64,000 nucleotides of DNA from the NCBI GenBank assembly GCA_963727825.1, contig CAVSHO010000009.1, forward strand, positions 416,001 to 480,000, given 5' to 3'. This stretch comes from Ignavibacteriota bacterium. GTDB lineage: Bacteria > Bacteroidota > Ignavibacteria > UBA10030. Each line of letters starts with the position of its first letter. Position 1 is the first letter of the stretch. This document shows positions 58,278 through 64,000 of this stretch, piece by piece. Both the position numbers and the translations under genes were made by a program. A model generated the notes under the pieces. It saw nothing but the letters and a program-made list of their open reading frames with translations, made no database searches and was not told the origin of the DNA.

Positions 58278-60236
58278 TCAGTTCCTCGGCAGCCATACTT
58301 TCATAGTCCCTGCACCACGATTCGACCACGCATAATAGGGAATCGCTGTAAATCTTCGTTCCGCCGTATTACCTTTAGCTGGAATCTCACCCGATATGAT
58401 ATTTACTCCTTGGAGTAAATCATTCCGTTTTTCTACTTTTAACGCGGCATCATCAGGTAGAGTAAGGTTGTCTAATTGATTATTGTTATCTATTCCTTCT
58501 ACACAATATACTATAGGTCCATATTCAAGTGCAGTCAGATTTTCATCATCCTTAATTCTTTTGTCAGCTATGACTCGACGAATTTTCATAGGTAAGCTAA
58601 TATTAATGCTGTCCCCTGACTCCCATCTTCTTGTAATTATCGCATATCCACGATCGATAGAGTAGTTTATTTTTTCTCCGTTTAATGTAAGAATAATGTC
58701 GCTGCTTACAGTATCAGTATATGTATAGAGGTTACTTGGCAGAACTTCATTTCGCGCCCAGCCGGGTATTCGAAACTTCAAAGTAAACTGTTTACTTTCA
58801 TTTGGTCTAACTACTAATTTTATTTCTCCCTTCCATGGGAAATCAGCCTGCTGTTCAATCATAACATTTTTATTTTCCAGGCTCACTGTTGCATTACTGG
58901 ATGCATAAAGATTAACATATAGAGTATCTTTTTGTACAGCATATATCAAACCTGGCAAAGAAGGAATAAAACGGATGAGGTTCGTAGGACAACATGAGCA
59001 ATCGAACCATGGTTGACGGGTTCCTGCACCGCAATTAAACTGGAATATTCCATCGGCTTCAAGTGGATTCACATAAAAAAAGTTTTTACCGTCGAGTGAT
59101 AATCCGGAGATCAGTCCATTGTATAGTGTACGTTCAATTATATCAAAATACTTCGCATCTCCAGTAAGCATGAACAAACGATTGTTCCAATAGACATCGC
59201 CTATTGATGCACAGGTTTCATTGTATGCTTTCAGGTTTGGAAGTTCGTAATCACTGCCTAACGATTCACCATCGTGCTTAGCACCAATACCGCCGGTAAG
59301 TGACATTTTTTTCTCCACCATATTTTTCCAGATGTCGATGACCGCCTTCAGGTACGCTGAATCATCGTACATCGCAGCAACATCAGTCATGCCAGCATAC
59401 ATATAGACTGCCCGCACTGCATGTCCAACAATTTCATGTTGTTGAATAACAGGTTTATGATCCTGACTATACTCGCCATAGAGATGATGAGTGGTTGAAT
59501 CGCCTCTCCAATCAAGAAAGTTCTTAGCAAGTTCTAAATATTTCTTGTTGTGAGATACTCGAAAAAGTTTTATCAATCCTGTTTCAACGATCTGATGACC
59601 CGGTGGTATTGTGAGCTTACCAACACCAAAACTGTTCACCAATAAATCGGCATTTTTGATCGCTATATCAAGGAAATTTCGTTTGCCTGTCGCATTATAA
59701 TGAGCTACTGCGGCTTCAAACAGATGACCGCTGTTATATAGTTCATGACTGCTTGATTCGCCAGTCCATCGCTTCCCAGTTTTCTCTACCCATGGTGCCG
59801 GAGGGTTTGTCGGGTCAATAGTGAACCAGGTCGTAATATATCCGTCAGGTTCCTGGCCGATTCTTATAATATCAATAACCGAATCAAGATAGGCATCTAA
59901 CTCCTTGTTAGGTGTACTAGTTAAAGAGTTTGAAGCACCTTCGATAATTTTATATATATCGCTGTCGTCGAAAGGCATTTTGCCCCTGGTTTTTCCTTGC
60001 ATTTTTCTACCGGCAATCAGGAAGTTTTCAATTCGTCCTTCTTGCCGACATTTATCAAAACCAAAAGCAATGGTGGTGTTCTGTACTGTCTGGATTTTAG
60101 GTAGCCAAAAGTCGTCGCAAATTTTTACTCTGTTAATATCAACCATCGAAATAGGATAATCCGCATACCTATTTTGCTGCCCATAACATTGTGCAAAAAA
60201 AAACATAAATAAATATAAAACCGATAATTTCTTCAT
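58278..60236 (-). CDS. GH127 beta-L-arabinofuranosidase-like, secreted
   Basis: FDDSDIYK, HELY, GHAVR, YNETCA, CSCCP (Zn/Cys site), IPYYAW.NRG. Confidence 0.92.
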   Translation of the reverse strand: MKKLSVLYLFMFFFAQCYGQQNRYADYPISMVDINRVKICDDFWLPKIQTVQNTTIAFGFDKCRQEGRIENFLIAGRKMQGKTRGKMPFDDSDIYKIIEGASNSLTSTPNKELDAYLDSVIDIIRIGQEPDGYITTWFTIDPTNPPAPWVEKTGKRWTGESSSHELYNSGHLFEAAVAHYNATGKRNFLDIAIKNADLLVNSFGVGKLTIPPGHQIVETGLIKLFRVSHNKKYLELAKNFLDWRGDSTTHHLYGEYSQDHKPVIQQHEIVGHAVRAVYMYAGMTDVAAMYDDSAYLKAVIDIWKNMVEKKMSLTGGIGAKHDGESLGSDYELPNLKAYNETCASIGDVYWNNRLFMLTGDAKYFDIIERTLYNGLISGLSLDGKNFFYVNPLEADGIFQFNCGAGTRQPWFDCSCCPTNLIRFIPSLPGLIYAVQKDTLYVNLYASSNATVSLENKNVMIEQQADFPWKGEIKLVVRPNESKQFTLKFRIPGWARNEVLPSNLYTYTDTVSSDIILTLNGEKINYSIDRGYAIITRRWESGDSINISLPMKIRRVIADKRIKDDENLTALEYGPIVYCVEGIDNNNQLDNLTLPDDAALKVEKRNDLLQGVNIISGEIPAKGNTAERRFTAIPYYAWSNRGAGTMKVWLPRN

Positions 60237-60292
60237 GTTCTTCGAATCAGAGTAAGTAAATAATCAGCACGTATAGATCATCAACTGACGAC

Positions 60293-61993
60293 TTACTTAG
60301 TTCTTCGAACTTCATCCCGTAGCTGCAGCAATTCTTTCATCACATTAAACATATTCCCATTCCATTGCTTCGTACCGAATCCATCATGCAACTGCCTATA
60401 GAGTGCATAGAGTTTTTTATAGGTCTCATGATTCTCTTTGATCGGAATATATACCTTGCCGCTTCCTGTCATAGCCTGTATTGCTTCGTCGACAGTATCG
60501 TATCCGCCACCATTCTTTCCGGCGGCTACAGATGCAAAGATGCCCGCGCCCAAGGCTGGCGTTTGTTCGCTACGGGAAATCTTCATAGAGCGTCCTGTAA
60601 TATCCGCATAAATCTGCATCATCAATTTATTCTTCATTGCCAATCCGCCGCAATTGACCACTTCCTTTACTTTCACACCATATTCTTCAATGCGGTCGAT
60701 GATTGCCAGTGCGCCGAATCCGGTTGCCTCAATCAAAGCGCGATAAATTTCTTCCGGTGTTGAATGCAGCGATTGGCCTATCAGCATACCGCTCAATCGA
60801 ACATCGACGAGGATTGTCCGGTTGCCATTATTCCAATCGAGGGCAAGCAATCCGCTTTCACCTGGCAATAATTTCGATGCTACTTTTTCAAGATTCTTAA
60901 ATTTCTCGTCTTGTGTTTTTCCGTATGATTCATTAACAAGATTGTTGACAAACCAGAGAAATATATCTCCCACACCGGATTGGCCTGCTTCTATGCCATA
61001 ATACCCATTCATTACCGAGCCATCGACGATACCGCAGACACCGGGAATATCATTCAGGTGCTCTTTGTGAGGATGAATCATAATATCACACGTACTTGTT
61101 CCGACAATTTTCACAAGTGTGCCTATAGAAATTCCAGCTCCGACGGCTCCCATATGTGCATCGAACGCACCAACTGCAACGACAACATTCGGGGAAAGTC
61201 CTAAGGTCTTTGCCCAAGCAGGTGAAAGAGAACCAACTCGTTGTTCTGCAGTGCAAGCTTCGTCAGAGAGCCGGCTTCGCAATACTCCCAGGCCGGGTGA
61301 AAGTGCTTCAAGAAATTCAACATCGGGCAAACCGTTCCACTCTTTATTGAACATTGCTTTGTGGCCAGCCGCGCAAATACTTCTTTTCATATTCTTCGGA
61401 GAAAGATCACCGGTCAGTACTGCAGGAATCCAATCGCAGATTTCTACCCAGCTTTGAGCTGCTTCAAAGACTTCTGGTGCAACATTTTTACAATGAAGAA
61501 TTTTACTCCACCACCATTCAGAGGAATACGTGCCCCCAATTTTTGCTAAATACTGCGGGCGAAGTTTCGCGGCAGTTTCGGTAATGAGAGCAGCTTCTGC
61601 AAAACCTGTATGATCCTTCCACAGCCAAACCATAGCGGCTGGATTTTTCTTAAACTTCTTATCGAAACACAAAGCTTGACCATCGGCATCCACCGGCATC
61701 GGGCTGCTGCCTGTAGTATCGACTCCAATCCCGATAATATCGGTAGCATTGAAATTTTTCTTTACTGCTTTTGCTTTTTTCAATGCGCTTTTAATTGTTG
61801 CTTCAATTCCTTCGATATAATCAGCGGGATTCTGCCGTGCCAGATGAGGATTGGCAGAATCCACAATTACTCCATCTTTGCCGGATGGATATGGAAACAC
61901 ATGACTTGCCAATTCTTTTCCATTGGCAACATCAACAATTAAAGAACGGCAAGAGTTTGTTCCAAAATCCAATCCTATAACGTATTTGCTCAT
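60293..61993 (-). CDS. araB: Ribulokinase
   Basis: IGLDFGT, DTTGS, LWKDHT, GGTYSSEW, CAAGHK, FDAH, EAGQS, LDWNNGNR. Confidence 0.95.
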   Translation of the reverse strand: MSKYVIGLDFGTNSCRSLIVDVANGKELASHVFPYPSGKDGVIVDSANPHLARQNPADYIEGIEATIKSALKKAKAVKKNFNATDIIGIGVDTTGSSPMPVDADGQALCFDKKFKKNPAAMVWLWKDHTGFAEAALITETAAKLRPQYLAKIGGTYSSEWWWSKILHCKNVAPEVFEAAQSWVEICDWIPAVLTGDLSPKNMKRSICAAGHKAMFNKEWNGLPDVEFLEALSPGLGVLRSRLSDEACTAEQRVGSLSPAWAKTLGLSPNVVVAVGAFDAHMGAVGAGISIGTLVKIVGTSTCDIMIHPHKEHLNDIPGVCGIVDGSVMNGYYGIEAGQSGVGDIFLWFVNNLVNESYGKTQDEKFKNLEKVASKLLPGESGLLALDWNNGNRTILVDVRLSGMLIGQSLHSTPEEIYRALIEATGFGALAIIDRIEEYGVKVKEVVNCGGLAMKNKLMMQIYADITGRSMKISRSEQTPALGAGIFASVAAGKNGGGYDTVDEAIQAMTGSGKVYIPIKENHETYKKLYALYRQLHDGFGTKQWNGNMFNVMKELLQLRDEVRRTK

Positions 61994-62016
61994 ATTCGTC
62001 TTGGTTACAATGAATG

Positions 62017-62050
62017 AAAAAACTGCTGCTCGTGAACAACCGAGCAGCAG
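62017..62050 (-). terminator. Intrinsic terminator between the transporter genes and araB
   Basis: CTGCTGCTCG / CGAGCAGCAG perfect 10-bp stem followed by TTTTTT on the minus strand. Confidence 0.8.
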
Positions 62051-62063
62051 ATCAATTCTTAGA

Positions 62064-62291
62064 TTATGCTACTTTTTTCTTCCACGGCCTGAATGCAATA
62101 AAATAAATTAGACCGATAATGATAAGCAATGCTCCCCACCATACTCCAAAATGCAATTCACGCAACACGATTGCGTGCGATTGCGATGGGAAGAACCAAT
62201 CATACACATTCGAAATAAAAATGATAATACCATAAATTAATAAGAGTGCACCGATAATAAACCAAATCGATATTTTATGCCGACCAACCAT
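62064..62291 (-). CDS. Small two-TM membrane protein downstream of the SSS symporter
   Basis: 75 aa, GGAGGA RBS, two hydrophobic helices, basic C-terminus. Confidence 0.8.
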   Translation of the reverse strand: MVGRHKISIWFIIGALLLIYGIIIFISNVYDWFFPSQSHAIVLRELHFGVWWGALLIIIGLIYFIAFRPWKKKVA

Positions 62292-62300
62292 TTTATCCTC

Positions 62301-63983
62301 CTACCAGAAAATAATATTGAGCGCAAGAAATACGACAAAGATTACCGCTGCCCAAACAATGGGGCGTTTGTAAAACGGTATATCGCCTTCCGAAGGTATT
62401 TCTGTGCATCCTCGCACCAATCCCACCAATTCGGATTCGGGTTTGGGTTTTGTCATATAACTTACAACAACTGTTACGATCACACAGATCAACCATGACC
62501 ATAATGCACGGTACATATTTTCCGCCATGTCTTTTGCATAAGGCGAAAGCGCAACGTATTTCAACGCGCTTGAATCAATTTTGACCCATGCCCACATGGC
62601 AACGGATGAACCGATACCAGCGAACAATCCCCAGAAGCCAGCCGCTTTCGTTGCACGTTTCCATAACATTCCAAGGATCACTGTCCCAAATAACGGCGCG
62701 ATAAAGAAACTGAAAAGCGCCTGAACATAATCCATAATGCTCGCAAATTGCTGCACAAGGTACACGGTACCTATACTGACAAAAACACCGATGACGGTGC
62801 ACCACCTGCCGATTTTCACATAGTGTGCATCTGTTCCTTCATTCTTCGTTAACTTGAGATGTATGGGTTTATAAATATCATACGTCCATACAGTGGCAAA
62901 TGCACTAACATTGCCAGCCATACCGGACATAAATCCTGCAATAAGCGCGGTAACACCAAGCCCCAATAATCCCGGACCGGCATATCGCGCAAGCATCAGT
63001 GGAAGTACTTCATTATATGTCTGGGCACCCGCTGCAATCGCCTGTTTATCATTTTCTCCAACGAGACCTGGAAGAACAGCCAATCCCAGTAGACCCGGAA
63101 GAATAACGATGAGCGGAACAAACATTTTAAACCCTGCACCAATAATTGGAGCAAGCTTTGCTGAACGTAGATCGCGCGCGGACAGGACACGCTGTACCAC
63201 AAGAAAATCTGTTGTCCAGTAACCAAAGGAAATTATCAATCCCAAACCGAATACAATCCCAGTCCAATGAATGCCCATTGGATTATCAGTGAATGACCCT
63301 GTCGTGCTCCACAGATGTGTGTAATCGCCTGCAGGAAAGTTATGGTGAATGCGCGCAACCATGCCCCCCCAACCTCCCGTTTCAATCATTCCGACAATGG
63401 GAACTATTAATGCACCAAGCCAGATCAACATAAACTGCAGCACTTCATTAAATATCGCAGAGAGCAATCCGCCAAGCACCACATATACCATCACGGTCAG
63501 CGAGGAAACCCATATACTAAAATTAATATCCCAGCCAAGCACTACCTTCATCACGATAGCCATCGAGTACATATTGATGCCGCTCATGAAGACTGTCATA
63601 AATCCAAAAGAGACCGCCGAAAGCTGGCTGGTGCCTTCACCGTAACGCAGCTTCAAATATCCCGGCACTGAGTGAGTCTTGCATATATAATAAAATGGCA
63701 TCATCACAATGCCGAGAAATAGCATAGCCGGAATAGCGCCTATCCAGTACCAATGCGTCGCAAGAATTCCGTACTGGTACGACGCTGCAGCCCAACCCAT
63801 CAATTCTAACGAACCCAAATTGGCTGCAACGAATGAAAGTCCGGCAATCCATGCCGTCATTTCTCTTCCTGCCATAAAAAAATCGTCGCCGGTTTTCGTA
63901 AATCGTAAAAGATAATATCCGATCCCCAGCACAGACAAGAAATAAATAACAATAAGAAGCGAATCCACCCCCCCCAGTGACAT
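62301..63983 (-). CDS. Sodium:solute symporter (SSS family), putative arabinose/sugar uptake
   Basis: DFFMAGR, SFVAAN, YVVLGGL, YWTTDFLVVQR, AGFMSG, WTYDIY, LGMLWKR; about 14 TM segments; first gene of the ara cluster in this window. Confidence 0.92.
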   Translation of the reverse strand: MSLGGVDSLLIVIYFLSVLGIGYYLLRFTKTGDDFFMAGREMTAWIAGLSFVAANLGSLELMGWAAASYQYGILATHWYWIGAIPAMLFLGIVMMPFYYICKTHSVPGYLKLRYGEGTSQLSAVSFGFMTVFMSGINMYSMAIVMKVVLGWDINFSIWVSSLTVMVYVVLGGLLSAIFNEVLQFMLIWLGALIVPIVGMIETGGWGGMVARIHHNFPAGDYTHLWSTTGSFTDNPMGIHWTGIVFGLGLIISFGYWTTDFLVVQRVLSARDLRSAKLAPIIGAGFKMFVPLIVILPGLLGLAVLPGLVGENDKQAIAAGAQTYNEVLPLMLARYAGPGLLGLGVTALIAGFMSGMAGNVSAFATVWTYDIYKPIHLKLTKNEGTDAHYVKIGRWCTVIGVFVSIGTVYLVQQFASIMDYVQALFSFFIAPLFGTVILGMLWKRATKAAGFWGLFAGIGSSVAMWAWVKIDSSALKYVALSPYAKDMAENMYRALWSWLICVIVTVVVSYMTKPKPESELVGLVRGCTEIPSEGDIPFYKRPIVWAAVIFVVFLALNIIFW

Positions 63984-64000
63984 AATACTTGAGGGGTTGG

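Noticed and set aside
1-64000. CRISPR arrays, tRNA/rRNA, riboswitches, prophage or defence genes; the many short overlapping ORFs in the track
   Set aside because: No regular repeat-spacer pattern or recognisable RNA or phage motif was seen by eye, though covariance searches were not run. The short ORFs are alternate-frame or antisense shadows of long genes.

Overview
A 64-kb carbohydrate-utilisation region from an FCB-group bacterium, most likely Ignavibacteria-like rather than Bacteroidia. This is inferred from the NYPNPFNPTT...KKMILMK T9SS tail, GGAGG Shine-Dalgarno sites and TTGACA-17-TAAATT promoters. 1-42 kb is a dense run of secreted hemicellulose-debranching enzymes (GH2, GH3, GH5, GH29, GH39, three GH43, GH51, GH95-like, GH97). 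It also holds a CE15, a tannase/feruloyl-esterase-family protein, two type-B carboxylesterases, an orphan Cys-rich TAXI-like binding protein, a DUF362 protein and several unassigned secreted proteins. 42.6-46.9 kb is an unrelated island (receiver protein, prolyl oligopeptidase, DUF3592 protein, lipoprotein) with attC-like half-sites. 47-52 kb is a non-SusC TonB-dependent receptor paired with a T9SS beta-helix protein and no SusD. 53-64 kb is an L-arabinose operon (SSS symporter, small membrane protein, araB, GH127, araD, araA, a FucI-like isomerase, GH8). The intergenic DNA holds many decayed relics: IS200/IS605, IS5, an ECF sigma fragment and several partial gene duplicates. One GH43 gene carries an in-frame 21-bp palindromic insertion. 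Four single-base frameshifts may be assembly errors, and the receptor has one in-frame stop. I saw no rRNA, tRNA or CRISPR array. All family calls come from motif recognition by eye, not database searches.
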